Shown: piece by piece, positions 46,545 to 55,068 of the stretch
Position numbering within the stretch: position 1 is the stretch's first letter
Layout of the letters: the number at the start of each line of letters is the position of its first letter
Assembly: GCA_017544725.1 (NCBI GenBank)
Contig: JAFYDR010000001.1
Span: 1 to 63,745, forward strand
Direction: 5' to 3'
Source of the DNA: Kiritimatiellia bacterium
GTDB lineage: Bacteria > Verrucomicrobiota > Kiritimatiellia > RFP12 > UBA1067
DNA: 63,745 bases
The notes under the pieces: model-generated
Seen by the model: the letters and a program-made list of their open reading frames with translations, nothing else
What the model was told of the DNA's origin: nothing
Databases searched by the model: none
Translations under genes and position numbers: made by a program

Positions 46545-47954
46545 ATGCAAGTTTCAAGAAGAGATTTCGTGAAGGTTTCGGGGGGAGCGGTGTCGTTATT
46601 TTCGATTCTGCCGCGCCGTTTGTTGGCGGGAAGCGGACAGACGCCGCCGAGCGAGACGGTCTGTGTTGCATCGATCGGGTGCGCGGGACGGCCGGTTGCA
46701 GATATCAACGGACTGGCGGGCGCGGGTGCGAAGATTGTCGGATTGTGCGATGTCGATACGCGACGGATTGATGGTACGCGGAAAAAGTATCCTGACGCGC
46801 CGTTCTTCGGAGATTACCGCGAGATGCTGGACAAGCTGGACAAGCAGATCGATGCGGTGATCGTGGGAACACCCGACCACTGGCATGCCGCACAGGCGAT
46901 CGAGTGCCTGAAGCGCGGCAAGCACGTGCAGTGCGAGAAGCCGCTGGCGCAGAGTTTCGCCGAAGTGGAAAAGATGATGGCGGTCGCCAAAGAGTCCAAG
47001 CTGGTCAACCAGGCAATGAACCAGGGACACGCCTACGACACGTTGCGCGATTTCCGCGAATGGGTGGAAGCGGGAATCATCGGCAACGTGACGGAAGCGC
47101 ACATCTGGACGCCAGCCGTCTATAGCTTCATGGATCAACTGCCGGAAATGAAGAAGCACTGGGATATTCCGAAGGAGCTGGACTGGGAACGCTGGCAGGG
47201 ACCGGTTCCCCGTCGCCCGTACTTCCCGAAGTATCTGCCCGGTGCATGGCGTTTTTGGACAGCCTACGGCACTTACACGCTCGGTGACTGGTCTTGCCAC
47301 CTGATGGATCCGCTCTTCTGGACATTCGGACTCGGGTTCCCCCATGCGGTGAAGTCGGAGATCATCGGCGACTGGGATCCCGTTGTTCACGGCGCGACCT
47401 TCCCGAAGGGCGCAGTGACCACGATGGAGTTCACCAAACGTGACGGCTCCCCCTTCACGTTGAAGTGGTTCGACGGACTGGGGCGCGACAAGGTTCCGGT
47501 GCCGCCCGGTTTCGGCGATGACATGAAGAAGTTCCCGCCGAAGTGCGATCCCGAATACCGCAAGACGGTGGACAACATGGTCGAGGGTGCTTTCGTGTAC
47601 GGAGACAAAGGTGTGATCCAGTACGCGCACCACGGTGCAATCTACCTCAAGGTTTTGCCGGAATCGCGTATGGTGCAGTTGCGTAATGACAACGCTCTAC
47701 CGCCGAAGAAATATCCGCGCGTTCCGAACGGTTCGCCGTTCGTCGAGTTCCTGAACGCCGTGCGCGGCGGAACGCCCGTCGGCTCGGACTTCGCCTACGC
47801 GGGCGCGATGTCGCAAACCGCTCTGGTGGCGATTGCCGCGCTGTTCGACCCCGGTAAGCGATTGACTTGGGATACCGCGAAACACGAGTTTTCGAACAGC
47901 TCTGTCGCAAACCAGCACATCCGCGCTGAACGTCTCCCCGGTTACGGTGTCTAA
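46545..47954 (+). CDS. Tat-exported Gfo/Idh/MocA-family oxidoreductase
   Basis: Twin-arginine MQVSRRDFVKVSGG. Rossmann-type N-terminal domain (VASIGCAGRPVADI, VIVGTPDHWHA). EKPLA motif. Confidence 0.85.
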   Translation: MQVSRRDFVKVSGGAVSLFSILPRRLLAGSGQTPPSETVCVASIGCAGRPVADINGLAGAGAKIVGLCDVDTRRIDGTRKKYPDAPFFGDYREMLDKLDKQIDAVIVGTPDHWHAAQAIECLKRGKHVQCEKPLAQSFAEVEKMMAVAKESKLVNQAMNQGHAYDTLRDFREWVEAGIIGNVTEAHIWTPAVYSFMDQLPEMKKHWDIPKELDWERWQGPVPRRPYFPKYLPGAWRFWTAYGTYTLGDWSCHLMDPLFWTFGLGFPHAVKSEIIGDWDPVVHGATFPKGAVTTMEFTKRDGSPFTLKWFDGLGRDKVPVPPGFGDDMKKFPPKCDPEYRKTVDNMVEGAFVYGDKGVIQYAHHGAIYLKVLPESRMVQLRNDNALPPKKYPRVPNGSPFVEFLNAVRGGTPVGSDFAYAGAMSQTALVAIAALFDPGKRLTWDTAKHEFSNSSVANQHIRAERLPGYGV

Positions 47955-47992
47955 CCCCGCACCAACCAAATCTCGGATTACGGAAGGATTTT

Positions 47993-49279
47993 ATGGCATA
48001 CGAAGGATTGGCGAGAAAATGGCGTCCGCAGACATTTGACGACGTGATCGGACAGGATCATGTCGCGCGTACGTTGAAAAATGCGATCGAGACGGGGCGT
48101 ATCGCTCACGCGTATCTGTTCGTGGGTCCGCGCGGGATCGGCAAGACAACGTTCGCGCGTATCTTCGCGAAATCTCTCGACTGCGAAAAGGGACCGACCA
48201 CGACGCCCTGCCTACAGTGCGAGGCCTGCAAAGAAATCGCGGCAGGGACATCCCTCGATGTCATGGAACTGGACGGCGCTTCGCACAACAAGGTCGAAGA
48301 TGTGCGCCCGATTATCGAAGGCGTACAGTTCAAACCCGCGTCCGCCAAGTATAAGGTTTTCATCATCGACGAATGCCACATGCTTACTCCGTCCGCATGG
48401 AATGCGTTGCTGAAGACCTTGGAAGAACCGCCTGAGTATGTCGTGTTTATTTTTGCCACGACCGAGGGTGACAAGGTGTTGGCGACCATCATCTCCCGTT
48501 GCCAGCGGTTCGACCTCCGGCGTATCGCGACACCGTTGATCGTCCAACGACTCCGTCACATCTGCAATGAGGAGAAGGTCGAAGCCTCGGAGGATACGCT
48601 TCTTGCCATCGCACGCGGTGCCGAAGGCGGTATGCGCGATGCGCTTTCCTCACTCGATCAGTTGATCGCTTTCCGTGGAAGCACACTGACCGAGGACGAC
48701 GTGTTGCAAGTTTTCGGACTCGTTTCACGTAAAGCGCTGGAGAATCTGGCGACCGCCATTTTGACAGGCGACGCAAAGACGATCCTCAAGCTCGTCGGCG
48801 ATTTCGATAGTGCGGGAAAGAACCTCCACCGCCTAGCCGTCGAGATCATGGAGTATTTCCGCAATCTGCTGGTCTATCTCTATGTCGGCAACGATGAAGA
48901 GGCGATCGAGGCGACCGCTGACCAAATCGCCGCCTACGAAAAGCAGGCCACGTTGACCGACGAAGGACGCCTCCAGCAAATCGCCGAGGAACTGACGCAG
49001 ACTGAGAACAAGATGCGTTACACCCTCTCCGTGCGGACATTGCTGGAAATGTCGCTGATCCGTTGTTCGCGCATCGCGACAACCGCTTCGCTCGATGACA
49101 TCCTGCGGAAACTGAACGCCATCCGGACGGCGAAACCTGCCGCGCTGTCGGCACCCGAGAGTGCGGTCGCGAAACCCGCGTTCTCCAACGCCGATCTCTA
49201 TGACGATCCCGCGATTAAAACAGTGCTTCAGGAATTCGACGGCAAGATCGTCGGCGTCGAAGACGATGGCGACGAATAG
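47993..49279 (+). CDS. dnaX: DNA polymerase III subunit gamma/tau (short form, 428 aa)
   Basis: ARKWRPQTFDDVIGQ, GPRGIGKTT, zinc module CLQCEACKEI, Walker B IIDECHML. Confidence 0.93.
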   Translation: MAYEGLARKWRPQTFDDVIGQDHVARTLKNAIETGRIAHAYLFVGPRGIGKTTFARIFAKSLDCEKGPTTTPCLQCEACKEIAAGTSLDVMELDGASHNKVEDVRPIIEGVQFKPASAKYKVFIIDECHMLTPSAWNALLKTLEEPPEYVVFIFATTEGDKVLATIISRCQRFDLRRIATPLIVQRLRHICNEEKVEASEDTLLAIARGAEGGMRDALSSLDQLIAFRGSTLTEDDVLQVFGLVSRKALENLATAILTGDAKTILKLVGDFDSAGKNLHRLAVEIMEYFRNLLVYLYVGNDEEAIEATADQIAAYEKQATLTDEGRLQQIAEELTQTENKMRYTLSVRTLLEMSLIRCSRIATTASLDDILRKLNAIRTAKPAALSAPESAVAKPAFSNADLYDDPAIKTVLQEFDGKIVGVEDDGDE

Positions 49280-49285
49280 CGGGAA

Positions 49286-49502
49286 GGCGGCGGCTGACGC
49301 CGCCGCCAGCTGAGAGGCTGAGAAGCAAGGCGGCTATACAGCCGCCGAATGACGAATGACGAATGAACGGGGCGGCTAACGCCGCAATGACGAATGAAGA
49401 TGTGCCGCATGTCGCAAGCCGCGTGTCGCCCGTCAAAAGCCTACCGCTGACGCCAGCTGAGAAGCAAGGCGGCTAACGCCGCCAATGACGAGTGACGAAT
49501 GG
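49286..49502. repeat. Array of GGCGGC-loop-GCCGCC mini-hairpins interleaved with oligomer words
   Basis: Hairpins at 49286-49307, about 49329-49349, about 49372-49386 and about 49468-49483. Each is preceded by cagctgaga(a/g)g and followed by aatgacga(a/g)tgacgaatg. Confidence 0.75.
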
Positions 49503-49624
49503 TGATGTGCTGAAAGGGCGGCAGAGGGCGGTGTGGTATGGCGTGTTGCCGTGCGACGTTCCGGCTCCCCTTCAGGGCTTTCCACATTCTTCTTGGAAGA
49601 ACCAAAATCTCTTTTTGATTGTCC

Positions 49625-49728
49625 GGGGCAATTGCAAAACCTACTTCCCACGCAAAGTAATTCTATGAGCAGAACTTTGCGTACTTCGTGAACTTTGCGT
49701 GAGATATATTTTGGGGTTTTGCAATTGG
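49625..49728. other. AT-rich inverted-repeat element in a convergent intergenic region
   Basis: caattgcaaaacc (49629-49641) pairs with ggttttgcaattg (49715-49727). The interior carries cacgcaaagt and two direct gaactttgcgt copies that can pair alternatively. Confidence 0.4.
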
Positions 49729-49809
49729 CTCTAGACAGAAGGTACTACTCCTAAAAGCTAATAGCTGGAAGCTAGAAGCTAGAAGCTACAATACAAGCTA
49801 TGCCAATGG

Positions 49810-50907
49810 CTATCGCTGACGCCAGAAGAGGCAGAGACCGACAACGAGGAAGATCGCATTGGCGGCCCATGCTGCGGGGGCTGGCGGAATCAGACCGTTC
49901 TTCGCCAAGATCATGCAGAGAATGTGGACGGCGTAGAACGCGAAGAAAAGTCCAACCGCACAAATCACGCCCTTGAAGACGCTCTGCCTGCCCGTGGCGA
50001 CACCGAATGGAATCGCGAAGAGGGTAATGATGAGGCAGGAGAACGGCGCGGCCAACTTGGCGTGGACATCGAAGATTTTGGAGGAATAATCGGAGACGTT
50101 CGAGTTCTGGCGGAGGTATTGGATCTGGTCGCGCGTCGAGTAGTATTCCCACGGCTTGTTCATCAGCAGGAAGTCGCGCGGGGACTCGTTGAAATCGGGA
50201 AAGGCGCGGAATACCAGGTTCGTGAGCGCGGGCATCGGATTCGGAATCGGGTTGCCGATTTCGTCGAAGTACTGGTACAGAGGATAGTGCAGCCACCATT
50301 CTCCGTCGAGGAACTCCGCCTTCTTACTGGCGATATCGACCTCGCGGCTTCCGTCGGTACGATCTATGGAGATCGTCACACCCTCCAGTACGTGCGGATG
50401 ACGCCCGTCGATCTTATCGACGCGCCAGATCCGCCGCTGTTGCTGGTTGTAGTAGGGGATGTTGGAATAGACGTTCGCATCGACATGGCGGAAACGCGCC
50501 TGGCGAAAATCCTTCGCCCACTCTGCCGCATCCGGCACGTAGAATTCGTCGAGTACCGCCACGCCGCAGGCCATGAGGAACGCCATGAAAAGCAGAGGAG
50601 AGACAATCGCGGAGAACCCGATTCCGCTGGCGCGCATGGCGGTGATTTCGCTGTGGCGGCAGAAGTTCCACATCGTGTAGAGCGTAGCCAGCAGCAGTGC
50701 CGCCGGAACCAGCCATTTCAGGTAAGGGCTGAGATAGCCCGCGAAGAACGCAACCACCGTCCAGGTGCCCGGCTTCGCCTCCATCAAACGAGAGAACGAG
50801 TTGAACAACTCGAACATCACATAGATCCCGATAAATCCGATCAGGCAATAGAAGAATGGAACGAGGAATTCGCGCAGGACATATCGGAAGAGGATTCGCA
50901 TGGTCAC
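49810..50907 (-). CDS. LptF/LptG-family LPS export permease
   Basis: MRILFRYVLREFLVPFFYCLIGFIGIYVMFELFNSF, a typical YjgP/YjgQ N-terminus. Six predicted TM segments with a periplasmic insert. Confidence 0.85.
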   Translation of the reverse strand: MTMRILFRYVLREFLVPFFYCLIGFIGIYVMFELFNSFSRLMEAKPGTWTVVAFFAGYLSPYLKWLVPAALLLATLYTMWNFCRHSEITAMRASGIGFSAIVSPLLFMAFLMACGVAVLDEFYVPDAAEWAKDFRQARFRHVDANVYSNIPYYNQQQRRIWRVDKIDGRHPHVLEGVTISIDRTDGSREVDIASKKAEFLDGEWWLHYPLYQYFDEIGNPIPNPMPALTNLVFRAFPDFNESPRDFLLMNKPWEYYSTRDQIQYLRQNSNVSDYSSKIFDVHAKLAAPFSCLIITLFAIPFGVATGRQSVFKGVICAVGLFFAFYAVHILCMILAKNGLIPPAPAAWAANAIFLVVGLCLFWRQR

Positions 50908-52208
50908 ATCTCCTCATTCTGGCGAGCGGGCAGGATCTCGATCGTCGCGTCGATTTCCTCGCCCTTCGCGAATCCGACCACACCGATCACCACGCGCATC
51001 GGCATGTGGTCGGGAATCGTGAATCCGCGTTTCCGCTTCGTGCCGACCCACTTGATGTTCATGCGGTTGTAGGAGTAATGTTTGGCGACGTAGAGTTCCG
51101 TCGTCTTCTGCGTCATAGGAATCGTGTAAGATGCGATCAGCTTGTCTCCCTCATCGACGCTGTAAACCGCCACGCAAGCGGCGGGGCCCTCCGTCTCGCT
51201 CAGCGCGGGACGCGGAGTACGGAAGAGAACTGTGCAGACCAAATCACGGCTGTCCCTCAGCAACCACGACATTGCTTTGCCCGTCCAACGGACGGTGTGG
51301 GTACCGACGGCAGACACCTCTTTCTGTTTCGTCCCGCGGATGTACGCTTTCATCGTCTTGGCATACGAGAAGATCCCGAATTCGGCAGGGATACCGGGCT
51401 GGTTATACAGATAGTAGTCATGCGAGTAGTTTCCCGTTCCCTCGAACTTCCACTTCGCGATCTCCGGCGGCCATTTCGGATCGTAGTCCAGCGGCTTCAA
51501 CAGAAACGCCTGGATGTGCGGCGGCAGCTCGGTCATGTTTAGGCCCGAGATTGACGAGGTGCTGGAGCGGGAAAGTGCGGTGTCCATCCGCTCCTTCAGG
51601 CGGTTCACATCCGGTTCCGGCGGCAAGGCACGGCAGACGATATTGTTCTCCTTCAACGTACGAGGGGCAAAGTCCTTCCGCTGCATCGCGACGCGAATGC
51701 GGTTCGCCTCCTTCTTGAACGCGGCGGCAACTTCCTCATTCTCGGCGTTTTTCTCGCGCAACTTGTCCAGTCCGCCCAACAGTTTCCCGGTCAGGGTTCC
51801 GACCTCCTCGTTGCGCTGCAGCTCCTTCGCGGTACGAGCCGCAACGTAGGAGCGTTGCAATTCGCGCAGAGCGAGGGGTTCCTTGACGATGTTTTCGTCG
51901 GTCAACTCCGGTACGGTTTCGAATGGATCGGGTTCGGCGTGAAGCGCGGTGAGATACCGGTTCACCTCTTGGCGAACTGCGGCCATGCCAGTCTTGTCCT
52001 TCTGCGTCTTGAGGCGAGCGGAGAGCTTTTTCAGCTCGATCAGGTAATCTTCTGCGACCGTCGTCAATCCCTTGTTGTAGTCATCGGCGATTTTCGCCAG
52101 ACCCTTTTGATACGCCTCGTTCAGACGGCCGATTTCCGGCGGGGGATCGGCACGGACGGAAACGAGACAACACGCCAACAGGCACAAGCAGGCAACCATT
52201 CGTTTCAT
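50904..52208 (-). CDS. Secreted hypothetical protein translationally coupled to the LptF/G gene
   Basis: Signal MKRMVACLCLLACCLVSVRA. Coiled-coil-like N-terminal half. Its stop overlaps the lptF/G ATG (ATGA at 50904-50907). Confidence 0.65.
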   Translation of the reverse strand: MKRMVACLCLLACCLVSVRADPPPEIGRLNEAYQKGLAKIADDYNKGLTTVAEDYLIELKKLSARLKTQKDKTGMAAVRQEVNRYLTALHAEPDPFETVPELTDENIVKEPLALRELQRSYVAARTAKELQRNEEVGTLTGKLLGGLDKLREKNAENEEVAAAFKKEANRIRVAMQRKDFAPRTLKENNIVCRALPPEPDVNRLKERMDTALSRSSTSSISGLNMTELPPHIQAFLLKPLDYDPKWPPEIAKWKFEGTGNYSHDYYLYNQPGIPAEFGIFSYAKTMKAYIRGTKQKEVSAVGTHTVRWTGKAMSWLLRDSRDLVCTVLFRTPRPALSETEGPAACVAVYSVDEGDKLIASYTIPMTQKTTELYVAKHYSYNRMNIKWVGTKRKRGFTIPDHMPMRVVIGVVGFAKGEEIDATIEILPARQNEEM

Positions 52209-52290
52209 CGAAAACCTCCCGTCTCAAACGAAAAAACACACAAGAGGCACTAGCCTCCCGTGTGTTTTTCAAAGGGTGCAAAAGGGACAA

Positions 52291-52446
52291 CTAGGCTTCC
52301 GGCTTGGTCTTGCGAAGACCGAGACCGCGGTCGCCGTCCTTCCACTGACCGCGTTTCTTCAACAGGTCAATACGTTCAAAACGCTTCAGGACATTCCGTT
52401 TCGCGGTGATTTTCCCCGAACCTTTCAAACTGCTGTGTTGGCTCAT
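52291..52446 (-). CDS. 51-aa small basic protein, below the ORF-track cutoff
   Basis: My own translation is MSQHSSLKGSGKITAKRNVLKRFERIDLLKKRGQWKDGDRGLGLRKTKPEA-stop. aaggag lies 8 nt upstream of the ATG. It resembles proteins annotated as small basic protein in PVC genomes (from memory). Confidence 0.7.
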   Translation of the reverse strand: MSQHSSLKGSGKITAKRNVLKRFERIDLLKKRGQWKDGDRGLGLRKTKPEA

Positions 52447-52757
52447 TTCCAAATCTCCTTGTCGTAATCAACAGAAAAGTTCACTATACCATATTTCCCC
52501 GCCTCTGCCAATAGGATTTTTTGGGAAAGTTGCTGTTTAGCTTTTAGCTTGTAGCTGTTAGCTTTTAGGAGGGGACGGCGCCCGTTAGCTGTTGGCTTGC
52601 AGCTGTTAGCTTTTAGGAGGGGGCTTTTGCCTAGGTAAGCTAGAGTCTGTGACGCGATACAAACGCGAGCAAGAATGCCCGCGTACAAAACAGCACATGC
52701 ACCTTCTGCTGCCTTCTTTTCAGCTTTTCAGCTTCTCCTTTCCTTTCTTTTCCCGTT

Positions 52758-52766
52758 TTGTTATAC
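52758..52766 (+). promoter_or_regulatory. Extended -10 promoter element TGTTATACT
   Basis: Lies 50 nt upstream of the ATG at 52816. Preceded by ttcagcttttcagcttctcc (52719-52738). Confidence 0.4.
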
Positions 52767-52815
52767 TGGGGGCATTGGGCGGCGGCAGGTCGCCTGTTTC
52801 AAATGGGAGAAATGT

Positions 52816-55062
52816 ATGAAAGGTTCGATGATTGTTGGCGTAATCGGCGTGGCGGTTGCCGTACAGGCGTACCAACCGGCTCAAGTTCCGTTGATGACCC
52901 CGTGGGGCGAGAAAATTACGGTGGAGAATGCTTGGCGCGAATATCCGCGTCCGAATCTGGTTCGTGCGCAGTGGACGAACTTGAACGGGTTGTGGCAGTA
53001 TGCGGTGACGAAGAAGGCGGACGAGTGCCCGACTGAATGGCAGGGCGAAATCTTGGTTCCGTTCGCGCTGGAATCCGCACTCTCCGGCGTGGGGCGTTTG
53101 TTGGAGCCGACCGAACAACTGTGGTATCGCCGTACTTTCTCAGCCTCTATGAAAGCGGGTGAACGGCTGATCCTGAACTTCGGCGGCGTCGATTTCCGCA
53201 CGCAGGTTTTCATCAACGGCGTGGAGGCAACCGACGTGCCGCACGAGAGCGGGAACTTGCCGTTCTCCGTGGATATCACGGATTTCGTGAAGGAGGGCGA
53301 GAACGAACTGATCCTCTCCGTGTGGGATCCGTCGAACACGGGTTTCCAGTCGGTCGGGAAACAGGTGCTGAATCCGCATGGTTGCATGTACACGCGGATG
53401 TCGGGTATTTGGCAGACCGCATGGCTGGAAACCGTGCCTGCCGCATACGTGCGCGGTTACACAGTCGTGACCGACATCGACAAGGGTACGGTCGCGGTGA
53501 AGGTCATTCCCGGTGGCGAGCTGATGGGAGCGGCGGCAGACGTGGCGGTGATGAAGGACGGCAAGGAGATTTCCGTCGGCGTGGTAAAGGCGTGGGGAGA
53601 GGCGGTGACGCTGCCGGTGCCGAACGCCCAGTTGTGGTCGCCCGAAACGCCGAACCTCTATGACCTGCGCATCACGTTGCGTTCCCCCGCTGGAACCGAT
53701 GAGGTGAAGGGTTACTTCGGTATGCGCAAGATTGAGCGTCGCCGCGACGAGAAGGGCGTCTGGCGTTTCTTCCTGAACAACAAGAAGGTCTTTTTGCAGG
53801 GAACGCTTGACCAAGGATGGTGGCCGGATGGTCTGCTGACGCCGCCCTCGGATGATGCGATGGCGTATGACATCAAATACCTCAAGGAAGTCGGTTTCAA
53901 CTGCATGCGCAAGCACATCAAGATTGAGCCGCTTCGTTACTACTACCTCTGCGACAAACTCGGCATCATGCTTTGGCAGGATATGCCGTCGGGCGGGGGC
54001 GACAAGGAGAATCGTTATGCGCTCTACCGCGACGAGCTGAAGCAGATGATCGACCTGCTGCAGACCTTCCCATCCATCGTGATGTGGGTGCCGTACAACG
54101 AGGGTTGGGGGCAGCCCGGCAAGAGCAAGACCAACCAGACGCAGACGTGGGTCAAGCAGTACGACCCGACGCGCCTCGTCAACGGCCCGTCGGGCTGGAC
54201 GGATCACGGTGTGGGTGATACGCGCGACATGCACAACTATCCCGGTCCGGGAATGTTCCCGCTAATGGAAGACCGCATTTCTGTACTCGGCGAGTTCGGT
54301 GGCATCGGTTACATCATCGCCGATCACGCCTGGTCGCAGAAGGGCTGGGGATATGTCAGCGACACCACGGTCGAGGCCTCGTGGGGACGCTACGAGAATC
54401 TGATGAAGCGGCTCGCGAAGTTCGCGCGTTACGGACTGGGCGGTTCGATCTACACCCAGACGACCGACGTGGAGAACGAGCGCAACGGCTTGCTCACCTA
54501 CGACCGCAAGGTCGCCAAGTACGACACGCAGAAGCTCCGCGCCGCGCACGAACAGGTGTACCGCGCCGCCGAACACACTTTCGTACCAGAGTATCACGAG
54601 ATCCTGCCGACCTCGCAGAAGGAGCCGCACGAGTGGAAGTACACCACCGAGAAACCGGCGGACGACTGGGCGCAGCCCGCGTTCGACGATTCCAAGTGGA
54701 AGAGTGGCCCCGCCGGCTTCGGTAACGAGAACATCAAGCGCGACCACAAGACATCCATTGTTCGCACGTCTTGGGAAACAAACTCGATTTGGCTTCGCCG
54801 CACCTTCGAGTTCAAAGGCGAGATTCCCGTCGAGGTGAGCTGGCGGATCTTCTACGATGAAGACCCGAAAATCTACCTCAACGGCCAGCTGATCGACACC
54901 TTTGACGGATACAACGCCCGTTACGAGGATCGTGATGCCAACATGGACGCTTTCCGCAAGGCGGTCAAGCCGGGCAAGAACGTCCTTGCCGTCGAGGTCA
55001 TCAACAAGACGGGCGGTGCCTACATCGACCTCGGCATCAATGGCGTCTCCGAAAAGAAATGA
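52816..55062 (+). CDS. Secreted glycoside hydrolase family 2
   Basis: SGIWQTAWLE, MRKHIKIEPLRYYYLCDKLGIMLWQDMP and SIVMWVPYNEGWG (acid/base NE) fit GH2. The ATG at 52816 (MKGSMIVGVIGVAVAVQA) is chosen because the track start at 52675 runs through repeats. Confidence 0.85.
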   Translation: MKGSMIVGVIGVAVAVQAYQPAQVPLMTPWGEKITVENAWREYPRPNLVRAQWTNLNGLWQYAVTKKADECPTEWQGEILVPFALESALSGVGRLLEPTEQLWYRRTFSASMKAGERLILNFGGVDFRTQVFINGVEATDVPHESGNLPFSVDITDFVKEGENELILSVWDPSNTGFQSVGKQVLNPHGCMYTRMSGIWQTAWLETVPAAYVRGYTVVTDIDKGTVAVKVIPGGELMGAAADVAVMKDGKEISVGVVKAWGEAVTLPVPNAQLWSPETPNLYDLRITLRSPAGTDEVKGYFGMRKIERRRDEKGVWRFFLNNKKVFLQGTLDQGWWPDGLLTPPSDDAMAYDIKYLKEVGFNCMRKHIKIEPLRYYYLCDKLGIMLWQDMPSGGGDKENRYALYRDELKQMIDLLQTFPSIVMWVPYNEGWGQPGKSKTNQTQTWVKQYDPTRLVNGPSGWTDHGVGDTRDMHNYPGPGMFPLMEDRISVLGEFGGIGYIIADHAWSQKGWGYVSDTTVEASWGRYENLMKRLAKFARYGLGGSIYTQTTDVENERNGLLTYDRKVAKYDTQKLRAAHEQVYRAAEHTFVPEYHEILPTSQKEPHEWKYTTEKPADDWAQPAFDDSKWKSGPAGFGNENIKRDHKTSIVRTSWETNSIWLRRTFEFKGEIPVEVSWRIFYDEDPKIYLNGQLIDTFDGYNARYEDRDANMDAFRKAVKPGKNVLAVEVINKTGGAYIDLGINGVSEKK

Positions 55063-55068
55063 ACGCGG

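Noticed and set aside
40331-47633. Long antisense ORFs across the etf, prenyltransferase-repeat and oxidoreductase genes (40331-41197, 41542-42261, 42514-43467, 44160-45182, 46596-47633; all minus strand)
   Set aside because: Each is the mirror of a sense gene with strong family motifs. The same applies to 8989-10368(-), 49924-51072(+), 53140-54234(-), 54262-55224(-) and 57111-58124(-).
49280-49809. SRP RNA, tmRNA, RNase P RNA or 6S RNA near dnaX
   Set aside because: I looked for the SRP domain IV motif (GGAAGCAGCC context), the RNase P GAGGAAAGTCC box and tmRNA-like tag/acceptor features, here and elsewhere in the window. I found none. Only repeat words and one unexplained inverted-repeat element are present.
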